A stretch of 64,000 bases of DNA, taken from positions 1,059,771 to 1,123,770 of the forward strand of contig CAJFCJ010000006.1 of the NCBI GenBank assembly GCA_904063045.1. Reading direction: 5' to 3'. This stretch comes from Dimorphilus gyrociliatus. Lineage: Eukaryota; Animalia; Annelida. The notes under the pieces were generated by a model that was not told the origin of the DNA, made no database searches, and saw nothing but the letters and a program-made list of their open reading frames with translations. The translations under genes and the position numbers were made by a program. Each line of letters opens with the position of its first letter. The first letter of the stretch is position 1. Below, piece after piece: positions 31,939 to 45,300 of this stretch.

Positions 31939-33320
31939 TATCGTTCACGGAAATTTTTTCGAAGTCCTAGCCCTCGAACTACAGCTGTCTGCTATTCCGT
32001 GTTTCGTTTCATCTAATTTACTTGCTAATTAGTTGACGTAGGTAGCTGAAAATTGTCGCTCGTATAAAAGCACGTTATCCTATGCCGCAATAGAAAAATC
32101 TAGCAATAAAGACCGGTTACCCGGTCTGGGTGAAAAAAAAAATAACGCCACTAAGCCTATTTTAAATTGAAATACCGTACTCTTCAAATAGTAATCAAAT
32201 CTAAGTATTTTTTCTAATATATAGATAACCTTATATTTATGTTCGATTTATGGAATGTTTAGAATAATTTGCTGTAAACATTCTAACTTTATTCCAAAAA
32301 TAATTCTGTTAAAAAGTATTGACTAGGTAAGTAAAAAGAACGCGGAACGCGTGACAAGACAGCTTCGAAATATGGTGCATAATGACTTGTATGGCGCCAA
32401 AAGACGAGATAAAGTATCGAAAACAGTGTGAAATTAACATAAAATACCATATATAGATTGTAAGAGAAGCTTGTATTCATTAAATCAGATAACAGGTCTA
32501 AGAGAATTTTTTTTCTCAACTACGAGAACACTATGCTCCCTGAGAATGTCGTGTCATCAATAAGAACGTATTTTACTGTTATAATACGTACATTTATAGA
32601 TATAATTCACTTCTATTTTCCTATAATGTTAATAAATTTGTCCTTTATCGAGTTATTTACTTAAACAAAATTATAAATCACTATTTTATTACTATTATTA
32701 TCTTAAAGATAAGAATTTTTAATTCTTAGCTAGGTTAAATTAGTTATCTACTTGATAAAGAATATTTTATCTCTTAAATAGTTACCATTATATTACTTGA
32801 AGTGCTAACTTATATAGATGGAAGATAGGGATAGAATGAAGGTCTGTTAAAATAAAAAAAAACTGTCATTTAAATATAGAAACCATTATGTTTGGCAAAG
32901 GACCAAAATGATAGAAAGCATATTTTTGCGTAAGAGACTTTTCAGACGAGATACTTGAAGAAGACCTAAGTCTATAAATAGTTAACAACTTGCATTAATA
33001 CGAAAATGAATATTCTACGTTGTAATTTCAGGTAGATAAAAAGTAATTAATACTAGTAGTTCAAGTGTTTCTAATGGAAGAATAACGGAACGAATTTCTC
33101 TTAAGTAAATACTGTATACTATTCTGTATAATTTAAAGAAAACGTTTATATTGGTTTGAATATTTAAGCGCCATGGATCGCTTATAGAGTAAATTTCTTT
33201 TTCTTTTTTTACATTAATAGAAAATACATTGATATATATCTATATATATATATATATGAACAAACTTCACTAAATACTTAAAATGACCAACATTTGTGAC
33301 AGTTTAATGAGGTTAAGTCA

Positions 33321-36300
33321 CTACTGAAGGTCTTCCAAAGCCAGTTTTTCTTTTAAAGCATTAACAGCTTTACGATGTAACCTATCCCAATATATTCTTT
33401 TCATTTTTAAATCAGCTAAATCTGGATTACTGCTTGAGACTTCACTTCTTGAACATATATCATCGCTTTCAGATTTAGTAGAATCCGGTAAATTTGAGGT
33501 TGAGAACCATTTTTTAGCTATTCCCGATTCTAGATTCTTTAGACCGTTTATTACCTTTATTTTATCAAATTCGTCCTTTAAAACATCCTTATATGAAACG
33601 TTTTCCTTCTTAGTTAGTTCGCAATCTTTCCATTTATCTTGCAAATCTTGCAATTCATTTAATAGCCAATTATTCTCCTCCTTTAGTTCATTCTCGAATC
33701 TTTCATAATTCTTCAATAAAGATTCAATTCTTATCTGATCATTCTTATTTTCAATAAGATTAACTTTCCATTGATTAAATAGTGAATGCAACCTATGTTT
33801 TTCGTCTAATTTCTCCTTTAAAAGAATTTTAATCTTTCGTAACTCAGTTTCAAGGTAACATTTATCAGCTAACGTTTCTGTAAAGACTAAATCTCTAACT
33901 TTCATCTGCTCAACAAGATTTTGCAATTCATAATTTTCCGCTTCCAATAACTCAAGTTTAGGTAGGAGTAATGAATCGAGATTTTCGATTAATTCGTTCT
34001 CTTTTAAACTTATAGTCATATTCTCTAATAGTTCATTGGCTTCGTCTTTCATTTTATGCAGATTTTCATTCTCACTCAATAAATCGTGATTAATTGATTC
34101 CAAATATTCAATTCGTTTTAATTGAGACTCAATCATTTCGTCGCTCGGTTGAACATTATCAACTTGAATTCCAATATCTACTTTAGATGGTGAATTCGGC
34201 AGATATTGTAGGCGACTACGTAGATCGGAGCATTCCTCTTTTAACAAATCATGATCCTTTAAAAGAGCGTTATAACTCTTCAATATAAAAGGTAATGTAA
34301 GAGAATCATCCTGTCCAAGATTTGCGGTTGCAACTTCTCGGTCCTCTTCATCTAAGATAGCAGTTATGTCAATTTTCGGATAAATCTTCGAATTTGAAAT
34401 GATAGAATTATTCTCCGATTTTAGATTCGCGATTTCTTGATTCTTCTCAACGATTTTTGAGGTCATCTCCTCAAGTTGTTTTTCCAAGTTCCTATGCGAT
34501 CGATTAATTATATTTAGTTCAAGTTTTAAATCGTTCTTCTCCTCTAACAATTTTTCATACGCTTCCTCTAACTTACCGAATTGACTCTTTAGCTCATCAA
34601 TTTCAGCATTTTGAACGTCTTTTGCAGAAGGTGTTACTTTCCTATCACCAGATTTTAATATTTCAATTATCTTCTCTTTTAATAATTCTATTTCGTTGTT
34701 TTTCTCATCTATTTCAATCTTATATTCTGCAATTTTAGTTTCGAGGTTTCGGTTAGATTGAATACTTAGGCCTAATTGGCAATTAGCGTGCTTGCACTCC
34801 TCAATTACCTGTCGATTAGCCTCTTTCAAACCTTCAATTGATAATTTTGATTGTTCTAGATCTTTTTGTAAAGATTTTAATTGTATATTCTCATTTAGTT
34901 TTTCTTTAATCTTTTCTATATAAACCTCGAAATTCTCTTCCTTTTCTGAATCTATAGAGTCTATACGAATTTGTTTTAATTTATTAATTATTTTATCTTT
35001 ATCTCTTAGATCGTTTTCCAAACTTCTTTTCTCCTCCATAAAATTTGACAAACTTTCGTTAAGAGATTCAATTTCTTGGCGATGAGTTCTTTCCGAATTC
35101 TTTTCTTTATCTTTTACCGATATTGATTTACCTAATTCCCTACTTAGACTATTGCATTTTTTCCTTAAAACATTTATTTCCAATTCCATTTCATTTATCT
35201 GAGAATTACTCTTAATGTCGAGATCTTTAAGATTATTATCGACCTCAGCTGCTTTGCATCTCCAATAATCTGCTTCTTGTAAGTATTGGGCATTATTGTA
35301 CATAAGTGACCTATTATCATCCTGAAGTTTTTGTAAGTCGTTGAACATAAGCTGAAAGTCTTCCTGTACTCTAGATTTTTCAATATTACTTCTATTCAAT
35401 TCGGCTTCGAGCATTTCGTATTCTGCTCTGAGATTATCTAATTGCGTTTTTGCCTCCTCGTAAGCTTTTCTTACTTCGTCGTATTCAACGCTTCTCTTTG
35501 TTGTTGACTTACTCAAATTAGCGTTTCTTTTCACGATAGCTTCGTATACCGATTTCGTGCTATTTAGCTCTTCTGTAACCTTTTTCCATTTATTTCTATA
35601 ATTATTCGATTCTATATTAAGCTTTTCCAATTCGTTTCTTATCCTTTGGTAGTCTTCTCTCAGAGAACTATTTTCCGTAAGAAGATTAGAGTTTTCACTA
35701 AAAAGATCCTTTCTAAGGGTTTCTAATTGAAGTGTAAGCTCGGCGCATTCCATTCGAAGATGATCCCTTTCCGATTTCATTTCATTTGCACTCCTTAACA
35801 ATTGACTTGCGTAATCTTGAGAATTTCTTAGTAAGTTTGATTTTTCAAGAATGATCTTACTATAATGTTCCTCAACGTATTTCAATTTTGAGGCTGCCTC
35901 ATCCCTTACATGACTCAACTCGTTGAAAGAGCTATTCGATTGACATTGTAGTTCTTCTATACGAGTTTTATTATCATTTAATAGGAGATTTAATGCTGAT
36001 TTTTCATTTTCAACTTTTTGTAATGATTTCTTCAATTCGTTAATCTTCTCATTAAGATTATTATTCTCGATGATATTGTGAGAAATTCTCATTTCAAGAT
36101 CTTGTTTTTCATTTGTGATCCTTTGGATAGTATTCTTATAAGTTCTATCAGCATCTGCCTTAGCTTCAATCTTACTTGTTTCGATTTGTGAAAGTACCAA
36201 ATTGATTTTATGTTTTAGACTTTTATTCTGCTTTAGGCATTCTTCGTTAATTGCTTTCAACATTTTAACTTCTTGATGAAGTTGAACGGCATCAGCGGGT

Positions 36301-39300
36301 AACTGGGCTTTAGCTGGTTTCTTTGATTCCATATAACGTATCCTGTCTTTTAATCCAGAATTCTCAATACTCAACCTATCACATTTCGCTTTAAGTGTAT
36401 CCAAATCTAATGTTATACTGGAAACAATCCCGTTTAATTGGGCTTTTAAATTATTTAATTCTGTTGTATCACTATTAGTTTCTTGGTCGGTGCACTTTGT
36501 CAATAGACAAGATTCGTCGTGAACATGACGCTTAGCTGATATTTTCATTGGTAGACCTGGTAGAGACCTTATTGCGTCCTCTTTCTGGAAATAGGCAGCG
36601 ATTTTTTTCAATTGGTCTGCAGCTTCTTTGTGAAATTCGGTAAGATCGAGTTGAGCTTCGAATTTCCATCGTTCTTCCCTTAACGACTTTAATTCTTTTT
36701 GTAAATTTTGAGAAAATTGGCTCATTTTAGATAATTCAGCCTTTAATAGAATAATCTCATTATTTTTCGTTTCTTGCTCTCTTCTATAACCATACTCAAT
36801 ATCTTGTATCTTATTTAATAAAGTGTTCAACTGTTCTTGACCTCTGTTGACTTCCATTACAAGTTCTTCAATAATTTCCATATTATTATTATTTGTTGAC
36901 GGCATAGATACATTATTTAAATCGTTCAAGATTGCGGTCAATTCTTCAACTCTGCTATCTAAAATTCTATTATTTTCCGACATTGTGGATATTTTATTAA
37001 AGACTTGAACGCCAAATTCATTTTGTTGATTATTCAAATATTTTAGTTTATCGTTAACGCTTTTATCAACATCTTTGATAAACTTTTCAACAATTTCAAG
37101 ATTTTCGCCAGAATCCTTTAATTCGACTGCCTTCAATAAATTATTCTCAAATTGTAGACTTTCTACTAATTTCTTTTCAATATTTAGTTTCTCCTTTAAA
37201 TTTAATTCGTTACCTTCCAATAAATTAATATCTTTCATATGTTCAGTTAAAACATCATCAATAATTTGTATCTTTTCGCTGCTTTTCATTTCATTTGTAA
37301 ATGATAATCCATGCTTTTCTAGTAAATGATTAAAATTATCATCAATGTCTTCCAAGCATTGTTGATATGAGTTGATATTTTTAGTAGTTTCTTCAAAGGC
37401 TTGAATATTTTCGTGAACGTTATTTAGTTTAACGTTAAGCTCGTTGATATTCTCCTCCATTGATTGTATTGTTGAATCTTTCTCCATCAGTCCTTTAAAA
37501 ATAGTATTAAACGCAAAAATGATTCGATTCCCTTCTTCAGTGTTTGATAAATTTATTTTATATTTTTCCAACAGTCTTGCTATCTGTTCTTCCGTATCCA
37601 TTAGGTCTTGTTCCCTTATCTTTAATCTATATATTTCATCGCTAAAATATCTATTCTCTTTAACGACTTCTTCGAATCTATCCTCTAAGTTATGAAATGT
37701 ATCTTCAAGCATTAAGAAAGTGCTGTGCCTAAAAGATATTTCATCCATAATCGCGGAGAAGTTCTCTACTATTCTATCTGGTTCAATATTTCTAGGTATG
37801 TTTAGTGTTGAAAAGACACCGTTGAAGCCTTCCTGGACCATAATGTATAAAAATTCTGTATCTTGAACGTTTTTACCTTTTGTATTGAGAATCTCTTCAA
37901 ACTTTTGCTGAGCTTCCACAGACTCGTTCTTTAACTGTTCTGCATAATTCTCAAGATTTCGTATAGTGGAACTGTTCTTTGATAGCGTCTTTCGAAGGTG
38001 ATTAATATCATCTCGGATATCTTGGGAATTACAATCATTTTCTTGTATAATGCCAAACTCGTATAATAAATTTTTCAGTTGAATTTTACACTCATTTAAT
38101 TGCCTTTCACTTTCGGATAGACGTTCCAAGAGTTCTGGTGGAACTACAGGAGCCGATTGAGCCTGTTCTTCCCTCTCAGATGTAATTATAGGCTCTACAT
38201 TCTATATATATTAAAGAAAGTTTTTAAAATATTGTCCTATTTAAAATCATACAAAAAAAATTACGGTTACCTCTTCGATACATTGATCTGGATCAATTGT
38301 TTCATATTTTTCGACCTTTGCTTCAAATTTCTAGTAAAAATAAAAGAAAACACAATTTAGGAAGGTGAATGAACCTGTTAGAAAATGCTATAAATCTTAA
38401 TTACCGTTAGAATAATTTCCGTTTGAATTTCGTCAATAACGAGAAGATTTTGATCGGTTTGAGCTGGCAAGGTAGAATCGTTTTGAAGGGCTTGTCCACA
38501 TTCAATATGTTCAAATTTTATATTACTTATTTCTCCATTTAGTCTATTAACTTCGGATTGTAATCTTTCAATTTCCTTTTCACTTTCGGTAACGTACGAA
38601 GTATACGATTTATCTTTATCATCAAAATCGTATTCAGTTGTTTGAACTTCTCTATCTTCTACTTGAATAGGAATTTCATTTCTCTTTTGAGGAATTGACA
38701 TATCGATATTAAAATCTTGAGATTGTTGTATGACATCTTGTTGAGAATCGTCACGATGAAAAGTTGATAATAATTTTTTAGTTTCATTCAACTCCATTTT
38801 AAGTTTACTTTCTGATTCTTTAAATTGTTTCAAATCTTTTAAACAATCAATTAATTCTCTTTGACCGGATTGTAAATCCTTTTCAAGTTGTTTTGTCGTC
38901 TCTTCAAGATTAAAGATAATTTGATCCCTTTCTAGGATATCGTCATCATAGTACAATTGTATATCATCGGTAACAGTTCCAATGTCGAACTTTTCAATAA
39001 AATATCTTTCGTCGGGTATTTCGCTTGTTAATTGAATTTCATTTTGAAGTTGAAGATTCTCCTTTTCAATTTCAAATTCCTGTTTAACTTTAACATTTTC
39101 GTCGTTCAATAATTTTAAATCGGACGATAATCTTGAATTAATATTTATTAAATTATTATTCTCCGTACGAAGATCATCGATTAATTTATAATTTCCATCT
39201 AACGAAATTCTTAGAGTTTCAATTTCGTCTAATTGAGAATTGATAGTATCTTGATATTTCTCTTCATTTAGTTTATAAGCATTTATTTCGGTTATACTAG

Positions 39301-42300
39301 TGTCGATATTACTTCTTAAACTCTCGATCAGACTTTCCTTTTCTAATCTTTCGATATTCCAATTTTCTTTATCAGAACGATTTTGAGAAGATAAATCGGA
39401 ATTCTCTTTTTTAATTAATTCAAGATTACTCATTAGATCTAATAAATTATTATCCAGCTCTATTTTAGTAGATTGAATATGTTCCTTTTCAATGCGTAAC
39501 TCTTTCAATTCATTCTCTAGAACTGCAAAGTTATTACACACTTTTAGATGTTCCTCTTCAAGTATACTAATCTTTTCGTTAGATTCGATAATTGTCTTTT
39601 CCAGACTATCGTTAAGCTTTTTAGTTTCAACTTTATCGCAGCATATTTCTTCTATTTCCTTAAGATATTCATTCGATTGATCATTTAATTCGAAATTCTC
39701 TCTGCTCAATTCTTCGATAATTTTCATCTTTTCTGAAAGTTCATTCTGATTTCGAGTTTCTATTTCAGTTTTCTCCATCAACTCTTTCCTCAATTCGTCA
39801 AGCTCCTTAGCAATGTTGGTATTCTCATCTTCTAGATTGTTTCTTTCGAGAATAGTAAATTCAATACTCTCTTTAGACTTTTCAATCTCCTTTTTTAGTT
39901 CGTTAATTGTTTGTTGATATTCAACGAAATTCCTTTCATTTAAATTCTCCATTTCTTTATTTAAATAATCATTTTCAGTCTGTAAATTAACTAAACGCTC
40001 CTCCAATTCATCCTTAAGTCTATTTATCTCGTTTATCTTTCTTTCACTTTCATCCATAGTCGATTGCTTCTTATCAATTTCTTCTTGTATTTTTCTTTTA
40101 GATTCGTTTAGTATTGATTCGAAATCTTTTCTAATTTCATCAGCCTCCTGCTCTATACTTATCTTGGATCTTGTTAAATCGTCAACTGTTTTTTGTAATT
40201 CGTGAATAATAAGTTTATCCTTTGCGGACGATTCACTCAATTGTTCAATAATCTGATTCAGTTCATCAAATTTACTTTCGTTGTCGTTGCTTTTAATTAG
40301 AATATCATTCTTTATTCGTAAATCCTCTGAAAATTTCTCCGTATTAACCAATTTTCTATTCATTTCGAATAACTCCTCCCTAAGCTTAGCGCGATCGTCT
40401 TCTAATTCGTTATTGAAAACTTTCAATTGATTTAATTCAACATCTTTGCCTTCAATTCGAGATTGTATTTCATTATTTATCTTTTCTTTTTCGTTTATAT
40501 CCTGCTCTAATTTCGTTTGATTATCATTATTAAGCCTAATAATATCATTTTTCTCATCTACAATCTTTGCAAGTTCCATAATTTCATCTTCTAATCTTTT
40601 GTTCTCGACTTCCAAATTCTTCATAGATGTTTGCCGAGTACTATAACTATCTTCTAGATCCGTGTACTTAATATTAATATCTGTTATTTCTTTTTGCAAT
40701 TCAGACAATTTACTCTCGAATTGATCCTTTTGAGAAATTAAAGATGCTTCTAAATTGGATTTTTCTTCACGTAAAGTCTCAACAATACTTTCGGTTTGTA
40801 TAGGATAAAGTTTCTCATCCATTAAAGAAGTTAAACGATTAATTTCGGAATTTAATTTTTTCATTTCAACTTCATCCTCCATTAATCTATTATTTAATAA
40901 ATCATTGTCGTCCGTAAGATTGTTACAAATAACGTTTAATTCGTTAATTTCTTTCTTATGAATGATTAAAGCATTTTCAAATTCGTTGGTTTGCTCCTTA
41001 AGAGAATTTTCTATAGAAATTTTTTCTTGAGAAATACGATCGATATCATTTTCCAACTGTTCTTTATCCACTTTTAAATTATTTATTTCAGTCTGCATAG
41101 CCGATTTTTCAAATTCCATATGTTCACATTGACAAGTTAATTCGTTTATCTCGGATTTGTAATCAAAAATTTTCTTTTCCATCTCTTTAATCTCATCCTC
41201 CTTACAATGTATTATACCCTCTAAATTATTCTTCTCGTTCGATAATCTTTGATTATCACTCTCCAACTTATCAATTTCCACTGTTAGATCTTCAACCGTC
41301 GATTTTATTAGTATATTCTCTTCTTCTTGATCCTTATATTTTAAATTAAGATCTTGTATTTCTTCTTTATGAAGAGCTAAGCTATTTTCAAATTCAATAG
41401 TTTGAAAATTTAGAGAGCTTTCCAATTTCGATTTAGAATCACGTATTTCAGTCAATTCTTTCTCGGAATCAAGAACATCTGTTTCCTTTCTATCGAGTTC
41501 CTCTTGAAGTTGTTTAATTTGCATTGCTTTTTTGGTAATGGTTTCATCCAAATTGGCATTCTTTTCAACAAGTTCTTTTGTAAATACTTCCAAATCAGCT
41601 AGTTTTCCAAGAGCATTTTGAAGAGCACTTTCTTTCACCTCCAACTGATTCTGAATATCTTTCGACTCTTCGTCTTCAGCCATACGAGAAATACTATTTT
41701 CATTCTCAATTAGATTAATAACAGTTTCTGTGTTATTTGAACAGACTGAAAGTAATTCTCTTAAAGATGAAAATTCATTCTCGAGACTTTCAGTAGTAGA
41801 TAACCGAGTATTGATATCATCTAGGCAAGATTTCAACAGTTTAGCATCGTTTGATAAATCCAGCGGTAGAGACTGTGATAAGTCGACAGGGGCATTATTA
41901 CTACTTACGATAGAAACGCTTTTGTTAGTTTCTGGAGTAAATTGATTTAAATCAGCATTAGAGCATTCAGAAGGTGCGGAAGATGATTTAATAACAGATA
42001 AAGCCTCTCTTAGAGAGAAATTCTCCGCTTGTATTTCATTAGCCTGTTTCAAAGCATTTTGAAAGTCGTTCGTAAAGGTATCAGCCGACGCAATTAAAGT
42101 ATCCTTTTCCACCTGTAATACATTCAACGATTCCTTATATGATTCAACTTCAGCCGACAACGCATTATGTTTAGACCTAATACTTTCTAATTCCTCTTTT
42201 AATTCATTTTTTTCCAAATTTATTTCAGAAATTTTATCTTTTAATTGCTTTAATTCCATTTCTTTTGTTTCTATTTTATCGTTAACATCTCTAAAAGTAT

Positions 42301-45300
42301 TAAAATCGGTTTGTAACGAAGATATTTCTTTGTTTAATTTCTCATTTTCAGAAGATAATTCAATTAATTTATCATTCTTTGTTGAACAATCAGACTCAAG
42401 TTTACTTATAATATTCTTTGCGTCGTCCAGTTCATTTTTTAGAATTTCGTTACGAGCTTTATGTTCACCTGAAATAATATCCAAATTTTCATCCATTTCC
42501 TGTAAAGTAGACTCTAATTGGATGATTTCTGATTTTAGAGCGTCCCTCTCCATATTTAGACTTTGTTTAGAATCTAATGATTCCAATAAGGATTGCATCG
42601 TTTCATCCCATTGTTGTTTGATATGATTTTGTTCTGTTAAATTATTTTCAATAGTAGATTCCAACTCTTGTCTTAATTGTTTTATCGTATCGTCCTTGGC
42701 AGATAGTTGCGACTCCATGCTATTCGAATAAACAACTTGACTTTCTTTAAGATTATTGATAATTGTAACTTTAGCATCTAATTCGGACAAATATTTGCCG
42801 ATTTGTTGATCAAGATCATCCAATTCTGTTCGAGTATTACTAAGATCGTTTGTAAGATGTTCTTTTTCAGTAGTTATCATTTTTAACTGTTCATCTTTAT
42901 CAAAGATATCACTCTTTAGTGAATTAATTTGTCTGTCAAGTTCCTCTTTAGTATTCGCAGCTGATGCTAGGGAGGTCTCCTTTATTAAAGTCTGATTTTC
43001 AGTATTACTTAATTTTTCTTGTAGACAGTTATTCATCGCTATTGATTCGTCAAGTTTTCGACTTAAATCATTAATAGAATGTTGAAAATTTGTATTACTT
43101 TTCTCTGATTCTAATATCTCAGACTCTTTCTTGGCAATTTCATTCGATAAAGTGGCAATTTGTTCACTATAAACCTGAAGACTTTTAGAAAATTGCTCAT
43201 TTGTCTCAACAATCTTATCATAATCTTCTAATCTCCTTTCTAATTCAGAATTTAATGATCTCAATTTTTCTGCTTCCTCCTCAACTTGAACCTTATCTTG
43301 ATTAACGGAGGTAATCCGCTGTTCAAGTACCGCATTATCTTTCTTGAATCGATGTAAATCATGATTTAATGTTTGATTATCATTTTTTAATTGTAAAATA
43401 ACTTCTTCATCGTGACTGTGAGCTTCTTTCTCGTATTGAAACTGATGAACCATAGTATTCCAAGTTTCGTTGGACGATTCAAATGATTCTTTCATGTTAC
43501 TAAATTCAGTTTCAATATTTAACTTTTCTTTTCTTAAATCGTTCAACTCCTTATTTGCCAATTCAAGCTCTGCTAAGGAAGATTCATGATCTTTATGCAG
43601 TTTGTCGAATTTTTCATTTAAATCTTTCGTCGTTTGTTGTAATTTTTCGTTTGTCTTTTTAGAATTTAATTTGCTTGCTTTCAATTTTCCTTGAAGTTTT
43701 TTATTCTCTGCTTGAAGTTTATCTAATTGACTTTTAATCTCTTCTTTTACATTCTTTTCTTCGTCTAAAGTTTTAGCAGAAGTTTTTAATTTTTCAAGAA
43801 GAGAATTATTCAATTCCTGTAAATGGCTACTTTTTGTTGATATATCATTTAATTCTTTCGTCTTTTCAACAATCTCAGTTTTTAAATCATTTACAGCTGT
43901 TTCGCTATTCTTCGATTCACTTTCTGGTGATTCCCCAATACCGTCAGACTTTTCAATGGATAATTTCTCAATTTCAGTAGATAACCTTGATATTTCGTTG
44001 GCTTTTCTTTCAATGTCATACTGTAATTCAGTAACTTTTGTTTCATAGTCGTTCTTCTCCTCTTTTACCATTTTATTTGCAGTTTTCAATTTTTCCAGAA
44101 GAGAATTATTTAAATCCTGTAAGCCTGTTCTTTGAGTAGACAATTTTTCAACTTCAGCAGTTAATTCATTTACACTATTTGTCTTTCTCTCTATTTCATT
44201 CTGTTGATTTTTAATAGTATTTTCAATAGTCCTAATTTTCACTTCCGAATTTTCAGTTACCGCTCGTAATTCGCCTTGAAGTGAGCTATTTATTTCATTT
44301 AAATGTGTAATTTGAATAGATAATTCATTCACTTTATCTTCCATATCTTTAGCAGTTTTTTCGGACATGTTATTCTCATTTAAATTTTTGGACAAGGCAT
44401 GTAACTTTTCAAGTAAAGACTTGTTTAACTCCTGCAGATTGGTACTTTTAATAGATAATTCATTAATTTCATTTGCTTTTTCGTTCACCGTATTCTGTAA
44501 ATCTTTAATCATTTTTTCATAATCATTCTTTCCATCATCCAAATCTTTCGATGAGGTTTGTAATTTTTCAAGAAGAGACTTGTTTAATTCCTGTAAACTT
44601 TCGCAATTAATGGACAATTGGCTAATTTCATTAGCTTTTTCATCTATTGTACGGTGTAAGTCGCCTAGAGTTTTTTCATGTTCTTCTAATGTTTTCGATG
44701 AGAGTTTCAGTTTTTGAAGAAGAGAATTGTTTAACTCCTGTAGATTTGTATTTTTAACAGATAATTCATTATTTCTATTTGCATTTTCCTCCACTGTACG
44801 CTGTAAATCAATGATAATTTTTTCATATCCATCCTTCTCCTCCTCAAATCCTTTCGATGATGCGTGTAGTTTTTCTAACAGAGAATTATTTTCCTTCCGT
44901 AAATCAGCTTTTTGAGAAGTTAACTCCTTAATTTCAGAAATTAATCCAACTTTATCTTCTTGTTGATCTCTGATTGATTTTTCATGTGCCTTCTTTGTTT
45001 CCTGAGAAACTTCGGACATGCTCTGCAATTTTTCAACCAGAGAATTGTTCATTTCCTGAAGACTAGATATGTCAGCAGATAACTTAGTAATTTCGTGTTG
45101 AAAGTCTTTAATTGCTTTTTCGTAATTATCACTTTCCTCCTTTGAGACGTTTTTGACTGTCTTCAATTTTTCTAGTAGAGAATTATTTAAATCTTGTAAA
45201 CCTCTACTTTGAGTTGATAATTTTTCAATTTCATTTAATAATTCGTTTCTCTCTTTAGCGTTTTTCTCTTGCTCGATTTGTTGATCTTGCAGTATCATTT

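Noticed and set aside
32289-32519. Hydrophobic 76-aa minus-strand ORF downstream of the giant gene, tempting as a giantin-like tail anchor exon
   Set aside because: There is no phase-compatible donor near the giant gene's end (TAG TGA double stop), and F/L/I/Y-rich ORFs arise readily from AT-rich DNA.
38129-38404. Apparent break between the 3,148-aa and 1,602-aa ORFs (two genes, or readthrough)
   Set aside because: Two canonical introns flanking a 60-nt exon (38330-38271, KFEAKVEKYETIDPDQCIEE) join them in frame.
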